A DNA stretch of 64,000 nt from a virus (lineage: Duplodnaviria; Caudoviricetes), in IMG/VR virus record IMGVR_UViG_3300027991_000002, positions 11,208 through 75,207 of that record. The stretch is one strand, 5' to 3'. Positions 35,645-46,673 of this stretch are shown piece after piece. The notes under the pieces are model-generated. The model did no database searches. It worked only from the letters and a program-made list of their open reading frames with translations, and was not told the origin of the DNA. Positions within the stretch are counted from its first letter, which is position 1; each line of letters begins with the position of its first letter. Made by a program: the position numbers and the translations under genes.

Positions 35645-37201
35645 TTAAAAGAGTCCTAACGGGTCGGTTTTTTTAACAGGGGATGTTGTAGTATTTTTTC
35701 TACTTGCATATCCTTTTCTTTGTGGAAATGTGTCTTCTAATTTTTGTCTTACCAATGTGTTATACTTAGATTCAAGTGCTGCGTCTATTGGGGCAAGGTA
35801 TTGAACTGTTTCTGAACCTTTGGTAAATTTGCCTGTATCAATTAACTTTTGCTTAGTGTTCTCGTAAGCATCTTCTGATTTTTTAATATCATCCGCGCTT
35901 GCATCAGGGACTTGACCTGCAAGATAAGTTGCTTTGTCCGCCTCAGACATATTGCTTGTTATTTCTTTATTAGTCGGCTCGGTAGCTTTAGGATTTGGCG
36001 CGGTCATCATAAGGGCTGCATTGCCGTTTTTATCTATCGTCACCCCTGTCGGATGAAATGCCGCTTTCTCATCTGCTGAAACAGATGTAGTTTCATAATT
36101 GCCTTTTTTGTTTGACTCTACCTTATACACTTCATTGACAGGTAAATTTTTAAGTGCTTGTTCGTTCTGAAAAGTCAAAGGCGCATATTGGGAATAGTAA
36201 ACTTTCTTTCCTCCGTATTCCAGCGGAACATATTTCTCTCCTTCTTTGTTTGTTTCAGGAGCGGTGACGATAGCATCTATATTTACGGGCTGTCCTACTT
36301 CGCCTTTGGTTTTTTCAAATGCTCCTGATGCTTGGTCAGGAACACTTGAAGCAGTTGTTGATGTTCCTAAATGTGTGTCCCAAAGTTTTTTTGTATAATC
36401 AATAGCCGCCTGTCCTTTGATGCCTTGTCGCTCCAAATCTTTTAATCCGTACTGCCCTTCGGGACTTATAAGAAATGCGTGGAAGTTAGTGTCTGATGCT
36501 TCGGGAGGAACACCCTTGTAAGAGTACCCTGTTATCATTCCGTTTTTATCTGTAACTGTTTTTACATAGGTGGCAGCCGTAGTCTTTGCCATCTGCGCCA
36601 TCTTGGTCTGCCATTCAGGGTATGCTTCTTGCAACATCGGTCTGTCGCCTTCCTGTGAAAACTGTTGGTATGAATCCGCTAATGGCTTTTTATAAAAGTC
36701 AGAATTTGCTTTCATGCTTTCAGGGTCTATTTTATCTTCCTTCCCTTTGTAAGCATTTACATCTTGCGAGTGCCATTGTTTCACCTGCTCAGAGAAATTC
36801 TCCATCTCTTTTAACTGACTTAAATTTTTCTGAATGTCGAGGGCTTCCTTGGCTTGCTGCGCGTTACGCGGGTCAAATTCTTCCCAACTTCTGCCTCTGT
36901 ATTTTTGAAGATATGCACTTGCCTTGTCTAATAAATCGCTTTTTTGTTGATTGAGTTCAGTCAGGTGGTTAGCCCAGCCGTTTATCTTAATATCGTTTAA
37001 ATCTGATAGTGCTTTCCGCGCTGCCTGCTGATTTCTTTTTCTGTTTAAGTCCTCCTGTTGGATAGCGTGCCACAACACCTTTTGCGGAGTGAGTTCGCCT
37101 TGTGGTAAGACAATAGCCGAGCCAGTCGTGTCAATAGGTTTGCTATTAACAAGTCCCTCAGCGGTTGACCCTGCTACGTCTGTATTTAATACTTCATCCA
37201 T
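35645..37201 (-). CDS. internal virion / ejection protein (518 aa)
   Basis: Position and low-complexity helical composition. Confidence 0.6.
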   Translation of the reverse strand: MDEVLNTDVAGSTAEGLVNSKPIDTTGSAIVLPQGELTPQKVLWHAIQQEDLNRKRNQQAARKALSDLNDIKINGWANHLTELNQQKSDLLDKASAYLQKYRGRSWEEFDPRNAQQAKEALDIQKNLSQLKEMENFSEQVKQWHSQDVNAYKGKEDKIDPESMKANSDFYKKPLADSYQQFSQEGDRPMLQEAYPEWQTKMAQMAKTTAATYVKTVTDKNGMITGYSYKGVPPEASDTNFHAFLISPEGQYGLKDLERQGIKGQAAIDYTKKLWDTHLGTSTTASSVPDQASGAFEKTKGEVGQPVNIDAIVTAPETNKEGEKYVPLEYGGKKVYYSQYAPLTFQNEQALKNLPVNEVYKVESNKKGNYETTSVSADEKAAFHPTGVTIDKNGNAALMMTAPNPKATEPTNKEITSNMSEADKATYLAGQVPDASADDIKKSEDAYENTKQKLIDTGKFTKGSETVQYLAPIDAALESKYNTLVRQKLEDTFPQRKGYASRKNTTTSPVKKTDPLGLF

Positions 37202-37936
37202 TTATAGCGAAGATAATTCCCATGAATAAGGGTAGCGTCCGTTTTTAATTTTGAACTGCTCCATCTTTTGTTGAGTATTTAATCCTTGTATCGGAACGTT
37301 TTTTTGTGACATATCCAATGTGGTATTTGTATTGTTCGGCTGAATTGGTGTTTTATTTCCACCTCCCGTATCATTCTGCCCCATTCCGTAATATCCTGCT
37401 GCGGCTGCGCCAAGTAAATCTTGTGTTGCTCCGTACTTATTAGCTTCTGAACCATATCTCAATGCTGATTCAGCTTGCTTGGCTTGGGTGTATGGTTGGT
37501 ATTTATTCCATTCGCTTGCCTGATTCTGCCACGAAGCAAATGCTCCTAACTGTCCTGTTAGATTCTGTATGTTTTGATTTTGATTCTCTGCGCCTTTGAT
37601 TGCTAAATCTCCTAACTGATTTTGCTCGTTGCCTATCATCGCTGAACCTGTCGCAAGTGCATCCACAGGGCTTCCTGCGGTCTCGGTGGCATATCGTAAT
37701 CCTCCTGCGGTGGCTGCTCCGATTTTTTGTTCCATAAGTGGCTGACCGGGGAGTGTCGTTGCTAACGCTCTGTATTTAGCTATCTGTAATGCTTGTTTTG
37801 CCGCATCAGGGATTTCAAAAGGTGGACGCTTGATATGAGATAGCGCATCAGCTTCTCTTTTCTGTTTGTTAGCAAGCTCATTCTTTTGATATGCGCTGTA
37901 CGCTGCTAATGCTGCAAGGACGATTGGGAATGGCAT
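37202..37936 (-). CDS. pilot / ejection protein (244 aa)
   Basis: Hydrophobic Ala/Gly N-terminus; Gln/Asn/Ala-rich. Confidence 0.6.
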   Translation of the reverse strand: MPFPIVLAALAAYSAYQKNELANKQKREADALSHIKRPPFEIPDAAKQALQIAKYRALATTLPGQPLMEQKIGAATAGGLRYATETAGSPVDALATGSAMIGNEQNQLGDLAIKGAENQNQNIQNLTGQLGAFASWQNQASEWNKYQPYTQAKQAESALRYGSEANKYGATQDLLGAAAAGYYGMGQNDTGGGNKTPIQPNNTNTTLDMSQKNVPIQGLNTQQKMEQFKIKNGRYPYSWELSSL

Positions 37937-37959
37937 GGGTTATAGTTTTGCAAATGTAA

Positions 37960-40900
37960 TCATTGACGAATATTGTCTGACAACGGTGAATAGATAGTTA
38001 TTAAGTCCACCGCGTACATCTCTACAAGATTTGTATTGCTGTTGGTTAGTTTTACTGTTGCTACTGCTGAACGCATTTTATCTCCGTTGATTCTTGCTTC
38101 ATCCGCGCTTGGAAAGTTAGGCGTATTCATGTCGCGTAAAATTGCTCCATACAATATACCTTCCTTTTTTATGAACATATTTTTTCCGAGAATAGTCATT
38201 TGTCCGAGTGGACGAGTGACATCAGGAGCGATAGTCATTTCCATTTCCCAAACATCGGTTGACTCTTCCGATATTGCCTGCCAACTCTTCACTTCAGATG
38301 GATTGTCGTTTGCTACAACTGTAATTACAGAATCATATTGTACTCCGTAGAAATTATTTTTTATCGGTGAATCATGCACCCACAACTCTCCATTCTTAAA
38401 ACTTAAAAATGTATTTCCGATTTTTCCGTAACACTCTGGTATAAATGGAAAGAATTGCGTCCACCGTGTCTTTCCCCCTTCTTCTGCACCCTCGTTGAAA
38501 GCAATAGTTTCTCCATCTATATTCGGTAAATCTCCCCACGTTACAACTAACAGGTTGTGGTAGGCATCGTATCCCGCAATGATATTAGGATTTGTTTTCA
38601 TCCCTCTGTCGTTAAAAAAACTCTGTACTTTGTAATTTGAAATAGGAAAAAGTCCGTTGCTTGAATATCTTATCTCCGCACCTTTACTTTGGTCGTTCCA
38701 CCAAGCGTTGTTGTTGTAGTCATCACAACTTAATTTATGCTGCGTCCCCCATGAGCCAATAAGCGTATCGGCTGTATTTAAAACTGAATCTGCTAACGCA
38801 AGTATTAATTCTCCCTGTGGGCTTCTCACCATTTGTTTTTTAACATAAAACGTTTGAGTCTTATGCTCACATATAACAAGCAAAACGGATTGCGCCATAA
38901 GTCGCATCCACATGATTTTTCCGAATGAAACTTCAATGTCATAATTTTGATTGAGTGCTTCAAAGGAACTGAATCCGTTGGTTTGTGTGCCGACAAAGAA
39001 CTGATTTGAAAATCTTATTTGTCCTTCTTGAAATATTTGTTTTGAATTTTTGTCAAGTATCTGCGGGCGACCTGTCTGTGTAGTAAACGATTCGTAAAAA
39101 TCATTCACACTTGAATCTTCAATGTATTTTGCTCCGCCTAAAACAAAGTTTCGGAATCTGTAATACACATCTCCTGACTTGAATGTTCCTGTGGCGGGTT
39201 GGGTTGCGGTTTGGTCTTGCGTGCTTCCTCTGTGATACTTTACTCCGTTTAACTCGTAGATTTCATAACATTCTCCGAACTCGTAGTACCTTGTTTGGTC
39301 TGCTGGTTTAGGGGTGTAGATTTCAAACAGAGTGCCTACATCGGGGCGGAAATTAACATTGTTAATCAACACTTCAATAAAACTACCATCAGGTTCTTGG
39401 TAAACGATTTCAGCGTCTTGGTAAGTGGTGAAAAGGTTGCCTGCTCCGTTGCTTATTAATCGTATTCTGTCGCCTTGTTCCCATGTGTAATTAAGTTGTG
39501 CATTGGGATAACGAGTATGATAATCGGCTATTGATGTTGTTGTGATTCTGACTTTAGTAAAATTATTAAGATATGTTACTCCGTGAGTATTGATTTGTAA
39601 GAAACTCGGTACAGTATGTTTTCGCACTATCTGATAATGCGTAGCCCAACTTGGGGGCAGAGAAGAAATCGCCCAACTTATTTCTGCAAATCCTGTCAGG
39701 TGATTCTCTGTGTAAAACGGAACGTATAAATCTCTGATATGTTCTTGTACGGTTGTCTGACGGTTTTCTCTGTCGTAATAGATAACTGCAAATGTTTCGT
39801 TGAGCCCGCGTTTCCATGCGGAGATGGATTGAAATTCTTCGAGTAAGTCAGCAAGTAAATTTAACAGGTGATACCACTTTGATTTGATAGAAAAATCTAC
39901 ATTGTTATAATTTACCGCATCAATAGTTAATGCAAGGAAAAAAGAATCTTGCGCAAAATTGTAAACGATAAAATTATTTACTGAACTAAAAACTACATCT
40001 GAATTTCTATCAGTGACGGGAAATCCTGCAATAAATGTTCCCGCGAAAGTGTCTATGTAATCAGGAACATAAAAATACCCTTGTTGGTCAGTAGATACCC
40101 AAGAGCCAAGAGAATTTATTACCGAGACATTTGCCTGTGGAATATTTCCGTCTAAAACAAATCCATCAATAAAAGTTCTCGACAATGTTTTTACTTGTGA
40201 ACTACCATTGCGAAACGCTATTTTATTAAAAGAACCACCACCAAAGTTAGTGGTAAAATCTATAATTGTTGTACCATTAAATGCCTGTGCAATAGATAAA
40301 AGATTTCCGCCAACAGTTATTCCTTCGATTCTGTTAAATGGCGGATTCACATTCGCTACATAATAAAAAAATCCATTGTGGTCTGTCACAGCCATGTGGT
40401 TTACCCATGCTCTCTGTGACCAATTAGGTTGTAGTCCGTTGAAAGTGCAATGAGTAGGAATTATCGCTGGCGATGATAAAGAAAAAGACAATAACGCCCT
40501 TTCTATTCGTGTGTCTTCCAATATCTGAGTAGAACTTGTCGGAGTGATTGGTAAATCCGAATCACAAACATTACCCTCGAATACAGTTACATTTTGCGAA
40601 AGTATTCCGGCAAACCATGTCTGTATAGACGAATGATTAAATTTTATTGTCCATAAGTCCGCGATTGCGCTACATCCCACATAAATTGTGTTGTCAGCAT
40701 TTTGCGCCTGTACTGCATCATGTGATATTTCAGTCGCCCCTACCTTTATTTTCATCTCAAATCCCTGCGGAACATTGCCTGAATAGGTATTTGAAGCAGA
40801 GCCGACAGATATAACAGGAGCAGATGTTTTTTGATACCCTCTATTGCTTAAATCACCTGCCGTTGTTTCTGCGCCTGCTATTCTGATAATATATTCTCCT

Positions 40901-42729
40901 TCGGGAACTCCATCAATTTCAAATGTGCTATAAATATTATTCCCAAATGCAGAATCGTTTGCAGTATCTCCGATATAATTTCCATTTTGGTCACGTGAGG
41001 CAGAACCAAGATTAAAAGGATTTCTTGACCTGTATGCGTAGTCATTATTTGTATTGGAAAAGTTTTCTGAAAAAGCATCGTTTATTCCAGCAGGCATATT
41101 CCATGTACCATCGGAGTTTTGATGATTACTCCAACTCGACATATTCTGCTTAGATACTCCGTAAAAATCTGTCCCTGCTAAATAAAATACAAACCCCGGC
41201 AATCCCATTATTTGTCCTGTCATTGCGGTGGGAACTCCAAACGATAATCCGCCAAAAAAAGGAATCCCGTCAACGGGGTCTGCGCTTCCCCTCCATATAG
41301 GAGTATTAACTCCAAAACTTGTGTTACCTCCGTCATTAAGAAACAACGGTCTTATCACCACTATCCCTTTTATCTTATAAAGCTGTGGCGGTTTTTTAAA
41401 ACTCAAACTTAAACTTAAATCTACGCACTCTGAATCATACCCTTCTTTATTTCCTCCGTACATCATCCTGTTGTCAGCGACTTCCTGTGCTTCGCTTGTA
41501 ATAGGAATGGCTTCAAAAAGTTTTACTGCAAACGCATCATCAACTGCATTGTACGCTTGGTCGTTATAGAATTTAAAAACATTTGTTCGTGATGGCGATA
41601 ATGGATTGTAGCCGAACTGAAATCTTTCCAACTCTGTTACAAAACACCACTTGCCTAACTCTCCTTGTTTGACATAAATCTGTACTCCTTTTATTATCGT
41701 CAGGTTCTCATCGTTTAATCTTGAATCAGTGAAATCTATTTCTACATAATTACCCACTCCGTTTGAAACAATAGAAATCGGAGAGAGGGATGACTGTTGC
41801 GCGTCAACTCCTTTGTATGCAAGTCTGAACTGAAATATCTTGCTGACAATAAAATTTGTGTTCTTAGTTGTATCAGTCAACACTCTTATTGCAGGTTCGC
41901 ATATCGGTGGATTGAAATCCGCGTTGATAAAGGTTTCTAAGAATCCGTCAGGATAAATGTTAATAAAAACTCTTACCGCTGGCGAACTCGGAAGTCCCGT
42001 GTTTATATTCGTTTCAACTTGTAGGGTGACATCGTAAATCCCCGCCACATCAAACTCCACTTCAATAAACTGCTCACATGACTTAGCGTGAAAGTCTGTT
42101 TGGTTGTTATTAATCGCATCAACAAAATTCGCTATCCCTTGCTCTAAAGTCTGGTCTGTCGGTGATACATATAATAGCGTATTGATATTCGAGTATAATA
42201 AGCTATATGCGTCACCTGCTCTGAAATTAACAAAGTCAAAGTAAATATTAAATTTTACTTTTTTGAATACTCCGTTTTCATCCTGCCGTTGTGCGCGGTC
42301 AATATTTATTGACCTCTGCGGGACTGTGCCTTCTGTCCAGCTCAGTAAATCATCAACTAAATTTACCGAACCTATTTTACTGTTGAGGTCAAACTTTAAA
42401 AGTGGCTCATTCTTTACTATCGGTACTATTAAATTAGTTGACTTGTAATACCTGAGTATGTTATGATTGAGATTAGAGTTCCATACAAGATAAATGCACG
42501 TTTCTTTTTTTGTGTCTTCAAATCTGCCGATGACTTCATTTGTCCCTGCGGGGAGTGTGTAAGGAACTAACCTGTTCCCGTCTGCGTTCTGAACGATGTT
42601 ATGCTTCTGAACTTTGGAAACTCCGTTGTAAATAGAAGAAGCGTAGATGTAATCTTCGGGCGGAACTATTTTAATGGAATCATCCAAATTTAATCCGCCC
42701 TGCGCGATGCGCTTCGTTTCTCTTATCAT
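37960..42729 (-). CDS. tail stabilization / nozzle (muzzle) protein (1589 aa)
   Basis: GGLNLDDS N-terminus; beta-propeller-like C-terminal part; P22 gp10 / crAss-like position. Confidence 0.75.
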   Translation of the reverse strand: MIRETKRIAQGGLNLDDSIKIVPPEDYIYASSIYNGVSKVQKHNIVQNADGNRLVPYTLPAGTNEVIGRFEDTKKETCIYLVWNSNLNHNILRYYKSTNLIVPIVKNEPLLKFDLNSKIGSVNLVDDLLSWTEGTVPQRSINIDRAQRQDENGVFKKVKFNIYFDFVNFRAGDAYSLLYSNINTLLYVSPTDQTLEQGIANFVDAINNNQTDFHAKSCEQFIEVEFDVAGIYDVTLQVETNINTGLPSSPAVRVFINIYPDGFLETFINADFNPPICEPAIRVLTDTTKNTNFIVSKIFQFRLAYKGVDAQQSSLSPISIVSNGVGNYVEIDFTDSRLNDENLTIIKGVQIYVKQGELGKWCFVTELERFQFGYNPLSPSRTNVFKFYNDQAYNAVDDAFAVKLFEAIPITSEAQEVADNRMMYGGNKEGYDSECVDLSLSLSFKKPPQLYKIKGIVVIRPLFLNDGGNTSFGVNTPIWRGSADPVDGIPFFGGLSFGVPTAMTGQIMGLPGFVFYLAGTDFYGVSKQNMSSWSNHQNSDGTWNMPAGINDAFSENFSNTNNDYAYRSRNPFNLGSASRDQNGNYIGDTANDSAFGNNIYSTFEIDGVPEGEYIIRIAGAETTAGDLSNRGYQKTSAPVISVGSASNTYSGNVPQGFEMKIKVGATEISHDAVQAQNADNTIYVGCSAIADLWTIKFNHSSIQTWFAGILSQNVTVFEGNVCDSDLPITPTSSTQILEDTRIERALLSFSLSSPAIIPTHCTFNGLQPNWSQRAWVNHMAVTDHNGFFYYVANVNPPFNRIEGITVGGNLLSIAQAFNGTTIIDFTTNFGGGSFNKIAFRNGSSQVKTLSRTFIDGFVLDGNIPQANVSVINSLGSWVSTDQQGYFYVPDYIDTFAGTFIAGFPVTDRNSDVVFSSVNNFIVYNFAQDSFFLALTIDAVNYNNVDFSIKSKWYHLLNLLADLLEEFQSISAWKRGLNETFAVIYYDRENRQTTVQEHIRDLYVPFYTENHLTGFAEISWAISSLPPSWATHYQIVRKHTVPSFLQINTHGVTYLNNFTKVRITTTSIADYHTRYPNAQLNYTWEQGDRIRLISNGAGNLFTTYQDAEIVYQEPDGSFIEVLINNVNFRPDVGTLFEIYTPKPADQTRYYEFGECYEIYELNGVKYHRGSTQDQTATQPATGTFKSGDVYYRFRNFVLGGAKYIEDSSVNDFYESFTTQTGRPQILDKNSKQIFQEGQIRFSNQFFVGTQTNGFSSFEALNQNYDIEVSFGKIMWMRLMAQSVLLVICEHKTQTFYVKKQMVRSPQGELILALADSVLNTADTLIGSWGTQHKLSCDDYNNNAWWNDQSKGAEIRYSSNGLFPISNYKVQSFFNDRGMKTNPNIIAGYDAYHNLLVVTWGDLPNIDGETIAFNEGAEEGGKTRWTQFFPFIPECYGKIGNTFLSFKNGELWVHDSPIKNNFYGVQYDSVITVVANDNPSEVKSWQAISEESTDVWEMEMTIAPDVTRPLGQMTILGKNMFIKKEGILYGAILRDMNTPNFPSADEARINGDKMRSAVATVKLTNSNTNLVEMYAVDLITIYSPLSDNIRQ

Positions 42730-43490
42730 CTGCGCGGTGTGCTTCTAACGGAACTTAGGTACGAATCAACAGCTTCCGAACCTGTAAACGAATTTACAAA
42801 CGTCACCACCTTTTCGTATTCTACTAAGTAATCTCTGCGGGCTGTTTCCCTACCCTCGTCATCAGTCAGCGAGTGCCATACAATAAATGCTGTAATCGCT
42901 TCGGTAGTGTAATCAGGAACATTAGTCTGTCCGCAAAGATTCTTCCCGCTCGAAGTGTATTCGAGAACTATTTCTGTTGCAGGAAATACGCTTGATAATT
43001 GAATGACTCCTGCGTTGTAATCGAATCGGTAATATCCTCTTAGGTTTTGTCCGGCAGGAATACCATATTGCTCTCCTACCCATTGTCCGTTTCGCCACGC
43101 GGGAAGAAAGAAATATCCTAATGCTAACGGCTCTACCCCTTTTGGAAGGTCTGTCTGTGTCTGTCCTGAAATCGGATTGCCACAAGAATCGCATCCGTGC
43201 GCTAAACAAATATCTTCGCACAGAGTCAGCGTTACCATCTGTCCGTTTATACAAACTCCTACGGCTCGGTAGTCAACAAAATCTTTCGGAAGTTTAACTT
43301 GCAGTAAATCATTCGGAGTCAGATAAACCGTTCTGTAATTAGTCCTTACTCCTGCAAATCGGTTCATGTCACCGTTATAACAGCGATATGCTCTCTGTAA
43401 GCACCTTTGATAGTTAGTCGTAGTGTGATAGTCAAGACGAGGGTCTTGCATCGCTTGTTTTACTGCGTAATCTAACGGATAGCTTCTCAT
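42726..43490 (-). CDS. tail ring / adaptor protein (254 aa)
   Basis: LPKDFVDYRAVG and C-terminal VLEYTS motifs; position. Confidence 0.6.
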   Translation of the reverse strand: MRSYPLDYAVKQAMQDPRLDYHTTTNYQRCLQRAYRCYNGDMNRFAGVRTNYRTVYLTPNDLLQVKLPKDFVDYRAVGVCINGQMVTLTLCEDICLAHGCDSCGNPISGQTQTDLPKGVEPLALGYFFLPAWRNGQWVGEQYGIPAGQNLRGYYRFDYNAGVIQLSSVFPATEIVLEYTSSGKNLCGQTNVPDYTTEAITAFIVWHSLTDDEGRETARRDYLVEYEKVVTFVNSFTGSEAVDSYLSSVRSTPRR

Positions 43491-44074
43491 TACGGTTTCT
43501 CTTCGTCTTTAAGTGGTACGGTTTCCTGAATCTGTAATTTACTCAACACATAATCCAAAATCTCCTGTTCGAACATTTGCGGTACAGGAAAAGTGTCGGT
43601 GTCCGATAAATTAGATATGTTGGCAATCATCTTAACAAGAACTTCTGAGTTGTGATATTGCGATTCTAAACCTTTAAATATAACTTTTTTATTTTCCACC
43701 TTGTACGATGTCTGTCCTTCCATATTCTCCGCGTCAAGTCCTTTAAACAACCACTCATCCCCCGAAAGAGTGTGAATGAATTGTACGCTGTCATTTTGAA
43801 CAGGAGAGATAATTATAAATGATTCTCTCAGTTTAACGAACCCTGCGGGTAAATTCAAATACCACTTGCTTCTTATCGGGTCAAATTTTGTCTTGACATA
43901 AAATGGCGAATAAAATTCTGCCATCAAATCGTGATGCGATTCAAGATACCGTCCCATTGCTCCGTTACGGGCAATGTCAGCAAGTATATCTACCTCGCGG
44001 AAGTCAGGGCGTTTGAGAGAATTGGTATTCCCTGCCTGCCATAAACTGACCGCCAACTCATGGAATTCTGCCAC
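43490..44074 (-). CDS. tail ring / adaptor protein (194 aa)
   Basis: YLNLPAGFVKL; paralogous-looking ring protein. Confidence 0.55.
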   Translation of the reverse strand: MAEFHELAVSLWQAGNTNSLKRPDFREVDILADIARNGAMGRYLESHHDLMAEFYSPFYVKTKFDPIRSKWYLNLPAGFVKLRESFIIISPVQNDSVQFIHTLSGDEWLFKGLDAENMEGQTSYKVENKKVIFKGLESQYHNSEVLVKMIANISNLSDTDTFPVPQMFEQEILDYVLSKLQIQETVPLKDEEKP

Positions 44075-44093
44075 TAAAATGGTGTTACTCCTT

Positions 44094-44762
44094 TCATATT
44101 ACTTGTTTAGATTGTGCCGCATAATTTTGCAACATTTCACTGCTGAGGTTCACGCCTATTTTTCTCAAGAGAATATCACATACCGATTCATGTGTTATGT
44201 CCGGTAGCTCAAGTTGAACTGAATTAGCCGAATCATACACAGGAACTCCGTTGACTATCGTGTAAGCAAACACAGGAGTTACAGGATACCTTAAATAATA
44301 AAGTTTATAATTCCCTTGTGGGTTAAATTCTATCTGTGTTCCGTGCCACTTGCATATCGGATATTCAATGGTTGGTTTTTTTATTTGAGCGATACTTCTG
44401 AATGTCCACTCATCGTCATCCACTACTTCGACAGGAAACTCTACTTTCTTTTTGTTATCACAGTCATCGGTTATAGTAGCAGGAAGTCCAAGTGCTGTGG
44501 TATACATATAATCCACAGGGACAGTCGCTAATCCGTTGGTGACTGTAAGTGTAACTGATGTCTTAAATATCCTTAGATTGTTTGGGATTAGAAGTATAGG
44601 TCTGCCATCATTCTTTTCAGGTGAGATACCAAGTGAGTTGGTGATGTAATCGAGTTGGGCAGTAGGAATTAATAAGTTTGCCTCCGATGGCGACAGTGTA
44701 TTTCCGCTCTGTTCCTTATTGGCGCAAAAATTTACGAAGGCGATGACTTGAAAAATATTCAT
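44094..44762 (-). CDS. tail tubular / head-tail adaptor protein (222 aa)
   Basis: ANKEQSGNTLSPSEANL, PVDYMY, YLRYPVTP, LELPDITHE motifs. Confidence 0.65.
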   Translation of the reverse strand: MNIFQVIAFVNFCANKEQSGNTLSPSEANLLIPTAQLDYITNSLGISPEKNDGRPILLIPNNLRIFKTSVTLTVTNGLATVPVDYMYTTALGLPATITDDCDNKKKVEFPVEVVDDDEWTFRSIAQIKKPTIEYPICKWHGTQIEFNPQGNYKLYYLRYPVTPVFAYTIVNGVPVYDSANSVQLELPDITHESVCDILLRKIGVNLSSEMLQNYAAQSKQVI

Positions 44763-44844
44763 ACATAAATATTATCTTCAAATACCTCTATTGTTGTCAT
44801 GGTCGAAACAAATTCGTAATCAAGAGGGGCTGCCGTGTTATTCA

Positions 44845-45954
44845 TTAATCTTGTTTTTGATAGATAAGTGAACCGCTTGCTGTCGCTGTTTCTGCTCCAC
44901 CTAATGTGAAGATGAAATTAACCACATCTCCCGCGCTGCCCGAAGCATTTGCCGTGATTGCCGTTCCTTGATTGTTAGTATTAGCCGGGTCGGCTGCGGT
45001 GAAACTTACTACTCCGCCTGTTACTGGTGTACCGTTAATGTCCATTGCGACTGAAATATTATTTGCTGCCGCGCTATCTAAGTTCAACCAAATATCTGTG
45101 AGAGTGAAATTATCTCCCATTGTGATTGAGAACTTTCCTGTGCTTAACGCAAAGTCAAGATAGACAGGGAGTGATTGAGTATTGGCGTTTGCAGATTCTT
45201 TACTTGGAGTGATTGCATTTGTTTGAATTGTCAACGCACCTGTATTAGCGATTGCTCCGTCAGAACTCAAAGTTTTTATTTGAGCTATGCTTCCCGCGCC
45301 TGTGTTTCCTGTTATCACTTGCCCGTCAGTCATTGCTTCAAGTTTCTTAACTTCTATTCCTGCCGTGTCACTTATGTCCGCATTGGTAATTACTTTAGAT
45401 GCAAAAGTTGAATTGCCTGCTTTGTCAACATCTACAACTCCTGTAATGACGTTTGCTGCAACGACTCCACCTGCCTGACCCATTGGGATTACTGAGTCTG
45501 CGCTTATGTCTAAAGGAGCAGGGCGATTTGAAACTCCAACTAAAATACTCCCGCTTGCAAGGTCAGCCATCTTACCTACTGTAACTGCTTTATCCGTAAT
45601 GTCTGTCGTTCCTAAATTTGCGTTGCCGTTGATACTTGGTTTTATAACCGTTGCCAGTGAACCTCCTAATTTATATCCTGTCACTTCAAAGTTATTTGAT
45701 GCTACTCCACTTGTGATGTTGTTTCCAAATATGGTGAAGTTGTGACCGTTGAGAATCACCGAACCTAAAAATACCATAGGAAACTCTGCGTAGTCAGGTG
45801 TAGTTCCGTCTGCTGTGATAGTCCAGTCGGCAGCTAACGTCACCGTTCCTGTTGTCTTTAGAAAATATTTTTGCTTGCCATCAGAAGGAAGTAACGTTGC
45901 CGTCCCGCCTCCTGCGGTGATGTCTATGACTCGTCCACTTGGATATATTGCCAT
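44845..45954 (-). CDS. virion structural protein (369 aa)
   Basis: Fibre-like Gly/Thr/Ala repeats (ITDKAVT, ITNADIS). Confidence 0.6.
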   Translation of the reverse strand: MAIYPSGRVIDITAGGGTATLLPSDGKQKYFLKTTGTVTLAADWTITADGTTPDYAEFPMVFLGSVILNGHNFTIFGNNITSGVASNNFEVTGYKLGGSLATVIKPSINGNANLGTTDITDKAVTVGKMADLASGSILVGVSNRPAPLDISADSVIPMGQAGGVVAANVITGVVDVDKAGNSTFASKVITNADISDTAGIEVKKLEAMTDGQVITGNTGAGSIAQIKTLSSDGAIANTGALTIQTNAITPSKESANANTQSLPVYLDFALSTGKFSITMGDNFTLTDIWLNLDSAAANNISVAMDINGTPVTGGVVSFTAADPANTNNQGTAITANASGSAGDVVNFIFTLGGAETATASGSLIYQKQD

Positions 45955-45956
45955 GA

Positions 45957-46673
45957 TTAGAAGTTATAAAGTGTTACTGTGAAAAATCTTGCCGTTCCTG
46001 TCCCTGCGCATTTTAATTTTATCGGAATGATGTTCGCGCTTAAATCAGATACCGCTTGTGATGAGTTTTGAAAGTCGCTGATGCCATATCCCATAATGTT
46101 GAAGAATCCTAACGAAGTTGCATCTCTCCAAATCTGAATAGTGGTAGCGTCAATCCTGAATACTCTTAGCTTTCCTTTTGCTCCGTAAGTGTTTACGTCT
46201 GCGCCTAAAATGATTGTTGTAGAAACACTCTCAACATCTATCTTTACTTGGTCAGATGAATCAGTGGTTGAAATGTTTAAGAAGAAATCAATATCAATAT
46301 AATCTCCGTCTGACTTTAAAGAATTGGCAGGCATTTGGAATGTAAACACATCGGCTAATGCTCCTGAAAACGCTACTCCTGCGGGAGATGCTATTAAACT
46401 ATTATAGATTACTGCCGAACCACTTGCGCCTGTTGCACCGGGGTCGCCTTGCATGGCAAATCCTTCATCCACCCATCCCGCTCCGCTAAAACTCCACATT
46501 TCCCCTGCGGGAGTGGAATCTCTTTGGATATAAACATCTCCTGCTTTATCAGTGGAGATTATTGTTGGTAGTCCATCGCCAAAACGTGTGGTTGAACCGT
46601 CCACGCCAGCAGGACAGGTGCAAGTTTCTTCTGTTTCGGATGCGCCGCATCCACATGGATTTGTTTCGATCAT
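45957..46673 (-). CDS. virion structural protein (238 aa)
   Basis: Cys-rich N-terminus and a short collagen-like GDPGATG stretch. Confidence 0.6.
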   Translation of the reverse strand: MIETNPCGCGASETEETCTCPAGVDGSTTRFGDGLPTIISTDKAGDVYIQRDSTPAGEMWSFSGAGWVDEGFAMQGDPGATGASGSAVIYNSLIASPAGVAFSGALADVFTFQMPANSLKSDGDYIDIDFFLNISTTDSSDQVKIDVESVSTTIILGADVNTYGAKGKLRVFRIDATTIQIWRDATSLGFFNIMGYGISDFQNSSQAVSDLSANIIPIKLKCAGTGTARFFTVTLYNF